NCBI GenBank assembly: GCA_021372575.1
Contig: JAJFUE010000059.1
Coordinates: forward strand, 16,359-80,358
DNA from: a bacterium
GTDB taxonomy: Bacteria; Sumerlaeota; Sumerlaeia; MVZB01
Direction: 5' to 3'
DNA length: 64,000 nt
The notes below the pieces were generated by a model that saw nothing but the letters and a program-made list of their open reading frames with translations, did no database searches and was not told the DNA's origin. Positions 56,136 to 64,000 of this stretch are shown one piece after another (the first letter of the stretch is position 1; each line of letters starts with the position of its first letter). A program made the translations under genes and the position numbers.

Positions 56136-56428
56136 TCGAGATACAGCCAAACGCCCTTTACTCCAAGGAAGATTTGGAAGGTTTGCTTGAGCCAGTTGGA
56201 TTGAGCGCCGAAGCGTTCATTGAGCGCTTGAAACCACGCAAGGTGTTCCGCGCCCTTTATTACGGCAAGGACCTCATCGAAGCCCTGAGCACCGCGTCTC
56301 CGATAAAGGAACGCTCCCCTGCCCCGAATGCACACTCATTTAAACGGGTCCGATCGATTAAGCCTATCACGGCCAGTCCCGGTGTTCCGGGACAGAAAAT
56401 CATCGAGGAATTTGGATTGAGAGGATAG
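56132..56428 (+). CDS. Hypothetical protein, possible excisionase/RDF by position
   Basis: Small gene immediately upstream of integrase; no motif. Confidence 0.3.
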   Translation: MIEIQPNALYSKEDLEGLLEPVGLSAEAFIERLKPRKVFRALYYGKDLIEALSTASPIKERSPAPNAHSFKRVRSIKPITASPGVPGQKIIEEFGLRG

Positions 56429-56437
56429 CCCGCCAAG

Positions 56438-57712
56438 ATGTCGGCTGAAAAAGAAACGACCACGCTCGTAGAAAAAATTGGAATTGTAACAATTCGTTCC
56501 GGTGTAAGCCCCCAGAAATCGAAGGGTTTCTGGGTCCTTGAATATCGTTGCCCAGCGGCTTACCCCGGTGATCCCAATCGAGGCCGTCGGATTCGGCGGC
56601 GGATCGATCATGAGGCGATGTCTCTGGCCGATGTACGAAAGACGGCTGATCATCTCACAGCACAAGCATACCAGGGTAAAGGGTATCTACCTGAGCGAGA
56701 TGAAAAAGGGAAAGGGACTACTATCCAGGATGGAATTATTGAAGCACTCAGGCTGACGAACACTTTACCCGAAGTCCGCAAAGAACGTGCGCGCCTCGCG
56801 CTTCGGTTTGTTGAATGGCTTGCCGTGAATTACCCGCAAGTTCAGACTTGGGATCAAATGAGGCCGGCGGTGCTTCAAGACTACGTGCTGCATTTGGAAT
56901 CAAATAAACTCGCGTTCGACACAGTGAGATTGGCGATCGCCCCTATAAAATTGGCGTGGAGGCACATGGCGGACAATTTTCCGGATACTGTTCGGCCCCT
57001 ACCGCGCATTCGTCAGAAACCGGCCCCGAAGAGAGAGATCGACTGTCTCGATGCCGATGACGTTGCCGCGTTGCTGGAATGGCTTAAAAAACATGCGCCC
57101 GATATCTGGCCTCTCGCGATGCTGCAAACTCTGGCCGGTTTACGAATGCTGGAGACGGCTGCTTTGCGCCGCCAGGACGTAAACCTGAAGCAAGGGACAA
57201 TCAGGATCACGAATACGCCGAATCACTCTGTCAAAACAGCCACGAGTGATCGGCTGATACCTATCTGTAAAGAGGTTCGCAGTTGTTTGAAATCGGAGCT
57301 TGCGAATCAGAAGGTGTTTCCGAAGACCGGTGAGATATTCACAAATACAAAGGGCAATCCATGGACAAAGAATGCCTTGGGTTGGAAGTGGAATCGCCTT
57401 CGGAGTAAGCTGGATAAAAAATCGGGAAAGCCGATGATTGTGCTTCAAACGGGGCGCGCCGCATTGGCCGATTTCCAACCGCATCGTCTCCGCGCTTCGT
57501 TCGCGACGATGGCCGGCCGATTGGGAGTTGCAGATAGACTGCTTCAGGCGTATATGGGACATGCGCCGGTCGATGTTCTTGGAGCGCACTATCGCAAGAT
57601 CGGACTCGAGGATTTGAAAGCGGTGTCACAGAAGATGGATAAATGGGGCAACTTAAAGGCTGTTGGTCAAAAACGGGCAAAAAAAGCTCGGCCGGCTTCA
57701 CGAAAACACTGA
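56438..57712 (+). CDS. int: Tyrosine integrase (phage integrase family)
   Basis: C-terminal catalytic region ..HRLRASFATMAGRLGV..LLQAYMGHAPVDVLGAHY (R..H..R..Y); adjacent to tRNA fragment. Confidence 0.8.
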   Translation: MSAEKETTTLVEKIGIVTIRSGVSPQKSKGFWVLEYRCPAAYPGDPNRGRRIRRRIDHEAMSLADVRKTADHLTAQAYQGKGYLPERDEKGKGTTIQDGIIEALRLTNTLPEVRKERARLALRFVEWLAVNYPQVQTWDQMRPAVLQDYVLHLESNKLAFDTVRLAIAPIKLAWRHMADNFPDTVRPLPRIRQKPAPKREIDCLDADDVAALLEWLKKHAPDIWPLAMLQTLAGLRMLETAALRRQDVNLKQGTIRITNTPNHSVKTATSDRLIPICKEVRSCLKSELANQKVFPKTGEIFTNTKGNPWTKNALGWKWNRLRSKLDKKSGKPMIVLQTGRAALADFQPHRLRASFATMAGRLGVADRLLQAYMGHAPVDVLGAHYRKIGLEDLKAVSQKMDKWGNLKAVGQKRAKKARPASRKH

Positions 57713-57740
57713 TTTTATTGGCCCTTTTTTGATGTCCATG

Positions 57741-57790
57741 ACCGCTTCCCAAGCTGGATGTCGCGAGTTCGAATCTCGTTTCCCGCTCCA
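57741..57790 (+). other. tRNA 3' fragment (anticodon-loop-like TTCCCAA, T-arm GCGAG-TTCGAAT-CTCGT, acceptor TTCCCGC, discriminator T, CCA); probable prophage att site
   Basis: Canonical T-loop and encoded CCA at 57788-57790. No complementary 5' acceptor strand (GCGGGAA) or D-arm in the preceding 40 nt, so not a complete tRNA. Followed by T8 run. Confidence 0.55.
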
Positions 57791-58165
57791 TTTTTTTTGT
57801 ACTTCGCGCGGCCGCCGTTTCGATTTCTTATACACTCCTTGATCTCCCTCCCCAGACTGTCGAAACGTTCAGAGAAACCGAAGGAAGGACTTTTCGACGC
57901 CGACCCAAAGCAATCTACCCTGGACCCTCATGGCGGCAAGACGCCGCACCCCGATCGAGCTTCGCCGCGGACGCGGCGGGATCCCGCCTCTCTCACCGAA
58001 TCCCCAGGGGCAGTTGCCGCGATTTCGTTGATTCCCCCTTGTTGTCAACCGCTCCAGGATGCGAGCGCGCACGGTAACGAACAGGAACGTTCGAGGCTGT
58101 TGTTTCGGCCGCCCGGAAGATCGATGTCCGGGCTTCAGTGGCTTCACATCAGAAAGGAACACACC

Positions 58166-59729
58166 GATGCGACCGAACAGAACCGCGCGATGCACGAGCC
58201 TCGTGATGGCCATCGCGCTCGCGCTGGCCTTCGCACAGCCCAGCCCGGCGGAATACGTGGTCACCGACCTGCTTCCGCTGGACGCCATCCTCAGCGACGC
58301 CAAGGCCGTCAACGCATCCGGCCAGGTCGTTGGCTATGCGTGGGGACAGTATTCCGACGGGTCGATTTACTCGTGCGGATTCCTTTGGGAAAACGGCCAA
58401 TCCACCAACCTGTTCGCACAGTATCCTGAAATTCAGGGCGGGAGCGCGCTCGACATCAACGACCAGGGACAGGTCCTTGGATACTGCTACACCGCCGCGG
58501 GGGTCAGCGCGTACATCTGGCAGGGCGGCCAGCTCAGCCTGCTCGACCCGCTGCAAGGCGACAACGAAACCGATCCCGTCTCGATCAACAACGCCGGCCA
58601 GGCCATCGGCTATAGCGTGAAACCGCAGGAAGGGGACCCGTATGCGTATGATTACCGGCCGTGCCTGTGGCAGAACGGGGCCGCCACGGATCTTTCAGCC
58701 GGCGGCATGGAATACGTTCAGGCGATCAACGAGGCGGGCCAGGTCATCGGCGTGACCAACGCCTACGCCGCGTGCCTGTGGCAGAACGGTGCGTTGACGC
58801 AACTGGACCCCGGCGGCGCCCTGAGCGCATCCCAACCCACGGCCATCAACGCTTCCGGGCAGGTTGCCGGGTACGGCTGCGTTCCCGGCTCGTCAAGCAT
58901 GCATGCGTTCGTCTGGCTGCCGCAGGCGGCCTGCGGCCTGCCGGCCGGGCTGAACGACATCGGCGCCCAGTTCGACGCGCTGCTGAATCCGGCGAACGAT
59001 CCCGGCCTGGCCGTCTCCAGCAGGGCGTGGTGCATCAGCGACGCGGGGCAGGTGTTCGGCGAAGTCGCCGTCAGTTCCTATGACGCGGCGTCGGGCGTGG
59101 AGACCCGCTCGGTGCAGCTGTGGGTCTGGGAAAACGGCTCGATCACTGACATGATTCCGATCCCCGCCTACAGCATGAACAAGATCGCCGGCACCGGCTC
59201 GGGTCTCGTGGCCGGCAGCTACATGACGGCCGAGTGGGAATCGTGCGGTTTCAGCTGGAGCCGCCAAAGCGGGCTCGAGACCGTGCCGTGCCTGGAAGAC
59301 GGCGAGTATGCCTGCCTGAACGACATCAACGAAGCGGGCCAGGTTGTGGGCACCTGCGAGGCCCCGGTTTCGGTATCGGGTTACACATACACAATGAGCC
59401 ACGCGTACATGGCCTCGAAAGTCGCCACGTCGGTGCTGCCCGTCTCGGAGGCAACGCTCGTCCGGCACGGACGCACCTGCCAGGTCCGGGTGAGGATCAC
59501 GAACCCCGGCACGACCGCGGTGAATAACGTCACGATCAGCGCCATCAGCCTTGGCGGCGGGGTGCCGCTGACGTCGCTGCCGCTGCTGTTCGGCACAATC
59601 AATCCCGGCGCAAGCAAGCAGTGCACAATCCAGTTCAAGAACATCCCCGCCGGAGAGGCGACACTTGAAATCGAGGGTTCCTGCTCGCTGGGCAACATCT
59701 CGAGCACGCAGCAGGTGACCGCGCCTTAA
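58166..59729 (+). CDS. Secreted HAF-repeat family protein
   Basis: Signal peptide MRPNRTARCTSLVMAIALALAFAQPSPA. Repeated ..IN(A/D/E)(S/A)GQVVGY....(A/H)(F/Y)(L/V/I)W..G..T.L units (more than 7 copies). Confidence 0.55.
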
Positions 59730-59807
59730 GAGCCCAATGACAAAACGAAACGAACAGGCAGACGATCGCTCGTCTGCCTGTTTTTTTATCACTCTAATGA
59801 CCGGCGA

Positions 59808-60281
59808 TTACTTCTCGGACGCCAGTCGCGAGTCCGGTTCAAAATTCATGGGGGCTTCGATGGATATTTTGGGGAAATCCGGATGTGCCGGATTGATCAG
59901 GTAGTTGACCTCACCAGGCGTCACGGCACTCGGAACTTCAAGAACCGCCGATGAACAATCGGCGATCCATTTCCCGCCAATTTCCTGTGTTTCCGCCATC
60001 GTTTCCGGAGCATTCCATCCCTTGGGCAGGGATGCCGGGGAAACCGATTTCACAAGGCTTTCGTCAAAGTTCACCGCGATCACGGAAAAGTTATCATGAA
60101 TGGTAGAGATGTCCTCCACGTGAACAAGCAATTCCAGTGTAGCCAGGGATAGCGAGCTCGAGGCATAGACCATGCCCGTGCCGACGAAATTCCAGCGCCC
60201 CCCGTTTATCCTTGCGCCTTCGCCATCGAACGCCGTTGCAAGATGTTTCTTGTGAGTGATGCGGTATGCACGGATCGTCAA
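59808..60281 (-). CDS. RES-domain toxin
   Basis: ..GGRWNFVGTGMVYASSSLSLATLELLVH.. (R..E..S arrangement of the RES family). Confidence 0.6.
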   Translation of the reverse strand: MTIRAYRITHKKHLATAFDGEGARINGGRWNFVGTGMVYASSSLSLATLELLVHVEDISTIHDNFSVIAVNFDESLVKSVSPASLPKGWNAPETMAETQEIGGKWIADCSSAVLEVPSAVTPGEVNYLINPAHPDFPKISIEAPMNFEPDSRLASEK

Positions 60282-60835
60282 CTGAACACCCCGTGTTCAA
60301 TCCTTCCCAAAAGGTGTTCCACCGCTTCCGCGCCCGGATTCGTGTCGCAAAACTCAAGCGGCGTTTTCCCTCCCAGGGCCCGCTTGGGAGATGAGAACCA
60401 TTTCCTTGCTTTCTCGCGCCCTCCAAGCACATCCAATGCCTTTTGGAAACACGAAGCCACCCGCAAGATGCGCTCGGACTCGTCCGGCTTGAACGTCTTT
60501 TTACGGGCAAGAGTCCGAACAGGAATGTTGATCGCGCGCCCGAGATCTTCCGTGGTCACGCCTATCATCGACTTAAGCCGGTCAAACGCATCCCTGGGAA
60601 ATCCTTGATGCAACGTGGATCGCACCCGATCAATGCTGGCGGGGTCAGAATAGATATAATAACCGGTCAAATTGCCGAGAATGGCCGAATACCAGAGAGG
60701 GCGACTGGAGGGTATGTCCACCATCCAATACTGTTTATTGCGGAAAGCAGACGAGCTTTTGCCGACTTGTTTGATGTCTTTCCAGTCAATCAGGATCGTG
60801 GGTTCTGTTTTCATGGTTGTCATAAGGCATATCAT
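60278..60835 (-). CDS. Xre/MbcA/ParS-type antitoxin (HTH + DUF2384-like C-terminal toxin-binding domain); N-terminal extent uncertain
   Basis: ..FDRLKSMIGVTTEDLGRAINIPVRTLAR.. HTH; C-terminal ..GGKTPLEFCDTNPGAEAVEHLLGRIEHGVFS; ATGA overlap with RES gene. Confidence 0.5.
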   Translation of the reverse strand: MICLMTTMKTEPTILIDWKDIKQVGKSSSAFRNKQYWMVDIPSSRPLWYSAILGNLTGYYIYSDPASIDRVRSTLHQGFPRDAFDRLKSMIGVTTEDLGRAINIPVRTLARKKTFKPDESERILRVASCFQKALDVLGGREKARKWFSSPKRALGGKTPLEFCDTNPGAEAVEHLLGRIEHGVFS

Positions 60836-61230
60836 ACTACGCCATCTGGCATCTCGTCAACCGCAGTTATAAATCCTTTTAAATTCCCGATTCCGCCCCA
60901 CCAGAAAAGATCCTTGCGCGCGAGATGAATCATGTGTTAAGAACACTGTGAACATTGAGCTTATCCTTGGGGCATACCCTTACTGACGCCTGGGGGTTTC
61001 CCTGAGTTCATCTTGATGGAGGTTCGGGATCATGACCAAGCCCATTGAGCTCTACATCAAATCGCTGACCGCTCCCAAGCCGCAAACGGCGCGCATCCTG
61101 CCCGTGCCTCGCAACGACCGCTTCAGCCGAGTCGGCGTCCGCCTCGTGACGCTCACCCGGCGACCGACGGCGCCGGCCGCCGGATTCTCGATCCGGCTCT
61201 ACCGCGCCTGACCAACAGAGACCATCCTTG

Positions 61231-61277
61231 TTTTATTAACCAAACACCAACGCCCCGGCTGAATGCCGGGGCGTTGG
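61231..61277 (-). terminator. Hairpin terminator downstream of rpsI
   Basis: CCAACGCCCCGGC-TGAAT-GCCGGGGCGTTGG perfect 13-bp stem; U-rich (UGUUUGGUU) tail on minus strand. Confidence 0.45.
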
Positions 61278-61376
61278 CATTATGGGAGCAATGGGAATAA
61301 TGGGATGAAGCTCGAGGGAAATACAAAACGGCCCCGGTCGAAACCGGAGCCGTCGTAAGTGGGATATGGATTCGGC

Positions 61377-61778
61377 CTAGCGCTTGGAGAACTGGAACGC
61401 CTTGCGGGCCTTGACCAGGCCGTATTTGCGACGTTCTTTCTCGCGCGGGTCGCGGGTGAGGAACCCGAGGCTCTTGAGCACGGGGCGGTGCGCCGGGTTG
61501 GCGACCTGGAGGGCGCGGCTGATGCCGTGGCGGATGGCGTCGGCCTGGCCGCGCACGCCGCCGCCCATGACGTTGACGATGACGTCATACTTGCTGATGG
61601 TGTGGGTCTCGCGCAGCGGGGCGCGGAAGGTGTCCTCGATGGTCGGATGCTTGGCGAAATAGACTTCGGGGGCCTTGCCGTTGATGACGATGCGACCGCG
61701 GCCGGGCCGAAGATAGACGCGCGCGACCGAGCATTTGCGCCGTCCGGTTCCCAGGTATTGCTCCATTGCTGCTGCCAT
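61377..61778 (-). CDS. rpsI: 30S ribosomal protein S9
   Basis: ..[27 protein letters not shown].. and C-terminal ..[10 protein letters not shown]. Confidence 0.85.
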   Translation of the reverse strand: MAAAMEQYLGTGRRKCSVARVYLRPGRGRIVINGKAPEVYFAKHPTIEDTFRAPLRETHTISKYDVIVNVMGGGVRGQADAIRHGISRALQVANPAHRPVLKSLGFLTRDPREKERRKYGLVKARKAFQFSKR

Positions 61779-61812
61779 TGTTTATCCCCTGCTTGGATTC
61801 AGTTCAAAAAAA

Positions 61813-62262
61813 TTACTTGGCCGCCGCGGTGCGGACGGGCAGCTGTTCGGGCTTTTGGGCCTGATGGGTATGATCGGGGCCGGGGAAGATGCGCAGGCGC
61901 GTCATCGTCGCGCGGCCGAGCCGGTTTTTGGGGATCATTCCCTGGACGGCCATGCGGACGAGCTCGCCGGGCTTGCGCGCGTTGAGCTGTTCGGCCGTCA
62001 TCGAGCGATGGCCCCCGGGCCAGCCGGTGTGACGGTGGTAGGTCTTGGTCTTCATCTTGTCCGAGGTGAGGCGGACCTTTTCGGCGTTGACCACGACCAC
62101 GTGCGTCTTCATGTTGACATGCGGCGTGTACTGTGGGGTGTGCTTGCCGCGCAGGACGTAAGCGATGTCGCTGGCGAGGCGGCCGAGAATCTGATTCTCG
62201 GCGTCAACCACGAACCACTTCTCTTGAAGGGTCTGGCTGTTGGCGGATGCGGTGTAACCCAT
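61813..62262 (-). CDS. rplM: 50S ribosomal protein L13
   Basis: ..KWFVVDAENQILGRLASDIAYVLRGKHTPQYTPHV..VVVVNAEKV.. typical L13. Confidence 0.85.
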   Translation of the reverse strand: MGYTASANSQTLQEKWFVVDAENQILGRLASDIAYVLRGKHTPQYTPHVNMKTHVVVVNAEKVRLTSDKMKTKTYHRHTGWPGGHRSMTAEQLNARKPGELVRMAVQGMIPKNRLGRATMTRLRIFPGPDHTHQAQKPEQLPVRTAAAK

Positions 62263-62567
62263 GACTGCGGCTTCCTGTTTATTAGCTCTGATTCAGCTTG
62301 GTTTGCACGCGCTTGGAACTGACTGCCGCCGTGAGACGCGGCCCAACCCGCAATTCCGCGCAAACCGCACGAACGCAACTTTATAGAAAATCCCGGCCGG
62401 GACTGTCAACAAAAAGAATTGGGGCGGGCGGAATCAATCAGTCCGGCGTGCCGAGTCACAGCAACCAATGCCGACATTCGTTTGGATTTGACTCCGGCCG
62501 TGAATCAAGTAAAATGTGATGGCTAAGTGTGGCTTAGGCCATGATTCCATGAGGGTGACTATCAACC

Positions 62568-63137
62568 ATGCCGACCATTGATCCCGGAAAAATGCGTGTG
62601 GGCAACAAAATCGTGCTCGACGACCAGTTGTGGGTCGTTACCGACTGGCAACTGCGCACCCCCGGCAACCTGCGCAGCTTCGTTGTCATCAAGATCAAGA
62701 ACCTCATCGACGGTCGCGCCATCGAGCGCACGTTCCGCGGCTCGGCCGAGCGCATCGAACTCGCCGAAGTCGAAAACCGCATGTGCGAATACCAGTATCA
62801 CGACGATATGGGCCATCATTTCATGGACCTGACGAGCTACGACCAGTTCGCCTTGCAGGACGACTTCCTGGGCCAGCAGGCCAACTTCCTGATCGCCGGG
62901 GCCGAGGTTCAGGTCGGCTACTGGAACGGCCGGCCGATCGGCCTCGAACTGCCGCTCAAGATGGTCTTCAAGATTATCGACACGGTCGATGACGTTGCGC
63001 GCGGCAACAGCTCGGGCAATATCACCAAGGACGCCCAGCTCGAGACCGGCATCACGATCCAGGTCCCGGCGTTCATCAAGAACGGCGACAGCGTGCTGGT
63101 CAACACCGAGACTGGGTTATACGTCGAGCGCGCGTAA
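62568..63137 (+). CDS. efp: Elongation factor P family protein
   Basis: Three-domain EF-P layout; ..LDDQLWVVTDWQ..PGNLRSFVVIKIKNL..; conserved C-terminal ..VPAFIKNGDSVLVNTETGLYVERA. Confidence 0.8.
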   Translation: MPTIDPGKMRVGNKIVLDDQLWVVTDWQLRTPGNLRSFVVIKIKNLIDGRAIERTFRGSAERIELAEVENRMCEYQYHDDMGHHFMDLTSYDQFALQDDFLGQQANFLIAGAEVQVGYWNGRPIGLELPLKMVFKIIDTVDDVARGNSSGNITKDAQLETGITIQVPAFIKNGDSVLVNTETGLYVERA

Positions 63138-63261
63138 GAGAGTCCTTAGTGCTTGGTGCTGAGTCCTGAGTGCTGAGTAAAATTCAAATCGCCTGTCGCA
63201 AGCGCGGCAGGCGATTTTCGTTTGTGAGGGAGAATGGGAAGAATGGGACCTGAAACCGATT

Positions 63262-64000
63262 TTACTCATAGATCACCCAACCGCGCGCGGCGTTCCTTGG
63301 CGTGATGAACTCGTAGGCTCCGATGTCGGCCGCGCCTTCGCGCGGGATGCCGAGGATGTCTTTCGGCGGCGCGACTACGGTATAACCGGCGTCAATGCAC
63401 GGCGATCCCGTTTGCAAACGTAACCCGTCGTCCCACGTCATGTATAACCCGTCCGGCCCGGCCGGATTGGCCGCGCTCACCCACAGCGGATTGGCCTTGA
63501 TGTTCCCGCCGCCATCCGTCCCGAAATTTGGATTCCAATTCACTCCATCCCAATCCGCCAAATCGCAAAAGCTCGTTTTGACAAGGCCCTTGGAGCTGTA
63601 AATATCCGCTCCGCCTTGAGGCGCCGAGTTCTCCCAGAACAGGCAATTGGTAGCGGCGCCCGATGCATGCAACGCACCGCCATTTTGTCCGGCCGAGTTG
63701 CCGGTGAACGAGCAATTGACAAGTTGCGCAGCACCACCCCAGATCGTATTGCCGATTGCCCCGCCGCTGTTTTGGGCCGAATTTCCCGTAAAAACACAAT
63801 TGCTCACCGCAATTTCGGATTGATATGACACGATCGCGCCGCCTCGATCACTGGTGGCGCGATTTTGAACAAAAACACAATTTTCAATCGACTCCATTCC
63901 CTTGTAGCCATTGGTGACCGCACCCGCCATCTGCGCCATATTTCCTCTGAACACGCAGTTAGCGATCTTTTTGGCGCCGCAGATCGCGCCGCCCATGCTC
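63262..64000 (-). CDS. Parallel beta-helix (PbH1) repeat protein, N-terminus probably beyond window end
   Basis: Repeated ..NCVF.GN.A...GGAI.. units (more than 6 copies); track ORF reaches 63996 and the frame likely continues. Confidence 0.45.
   Translation of the reverse strand, partial: SMGGAICGAKKIANCVFRGNMAQMAGAVTNGYKGMESIENCVFVQNRATSDRGGAIVSYQSEIAVSNCVFTGNSAQNSGGAIGNTIWGGAAQLVNCSFTGNSAGQNGGALHASGAATNCLFWENSAPQGGADIYSSKGLVKTSFCDLADWDGVNWNPNFGTDGGGNIKANPLWVSAANPAGPDGLYMTWDDGLRLQTGSPCIDAGYTVVAPPKDILGIPREGAADIGAYEFITPRNAARGWVIYE

Larger units (their letters stand above)
11561..57790. mobile_element. Integrated siphovirus-like prophage (about 46 kb). Right end at tRNA 3' fragment next to integrase. 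Left end approximate, within AT-rich 11561-12250.
   Basis: Complete head/tail/lysis/replication/recombination/integration gene set. Integrase at 56438-57712 followed by tRNA T-arm+acceptor+CCA fragment ending 57790. Host ribosomal genes to the right. Confidence 0.6.

Noticed and set aside
57700-57790. Complete tRNA gene downstream of integrase
   Set aside because: T-arm, acceptor 3' strand and CCA are present. But no complementary 5' acceptor strand (GCGGGAA) and no D-arm exist in the 40 nt after the integrase stop. Called an att-derived 3' fragment instead.
61032-61211. 59 aa plus-strand ORF (MTKPIELYIKSLTAPKPQTARILPVPRND...) with GGAGG RBS upstream of rpsI terminator
   Set aside because: Below usual size thresholds, no motif, Arg/Pro-rich; could be real but cannot be supported from sequence alone.
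62568-63137. EF-P modification loop (PGNLRS instead of KPGKG) as unusual
   Set aside because: EF-P subfamilies with Arg or unmodified loops are well known. Subfamily assignment is not possible by eye.

Overview
High-GC window (about 60% GC apart from two AT-rich patches) dominated by a roughly 46 kb integrated siphovirus-type prophage, about 11.6-57.8 kb, inside a host locus.

Left host flank, minus strand: a giant surface protein truncated at the window edge (lipoprotein-like signal peptide, about five Calx-beta repeats, FG-GAP/VCBS-like repeats, BNR/Asp-box repeats); a 583 aa secreted protein; a 906 aa secreted TPR-repeat protein.

Prophage late module, minus strand (38.8 kb down to 12.2 kb), in classical HK97/lambda order: ParB-like nuclease, DxD-motif protein, small and large terminase, portal, scaffold, major capsid, an inserted GT-B-like gene plus a small TM gene, connector, Mu-F/SPP1 gp7-like head morphogenesis protein, head-tail joining and gp10-like proteins, tail terminator, major tail, tail chaperones G/GT (clear -1 slip site), 1183 aa tape measure, gpM/gpL-like minor tail proteins, NlpC/P60 gpK-like protein, 1564 aa gpI+gpJ-like host-specificity protein, two tail-fibre genes, a secreted protein and a GH108/PG_binding_3 endolysin.

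Prophage plus strand: promoter; holin-like, Rz-like and embedded lipoprotein (Rz1-like) cassette; terminator; tandem SMI1/KNR4 (SUKH) domain protein; a 1.1 kb noncoding region with an array of about 22 TCACTGA 11-bp units flanking an AT-rich core; then an early operon (acidic protein, ParB homologue with Zn-finger and acidic tail, 2-domain beta-clamp-like protein, DUF932 protein). A minus-strand cI/LexA-like repressor carries an in-frame TAG and a Ser->Ala catalytic substitution. It faces a plus-strand Cro-like gene, followed by a replication initiator-like protein, DnaC-like loader, RecT (Zn-ribbon insert), Cas4-like PD-(D/E)xK nuclease, RusA, a possible RDF and a tyrosine integrase abutting a tRNA 3' fragment (att).

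Right host flank: HAF-repeat secreted protein, RES-Xre toxin-antitoxin pair, rpsI-rplM (minus), efp (plus) and a partial parallel beta-helix protein.

Calls rest on motif recognition by eye and translation of the ORF track; no database searches were run.
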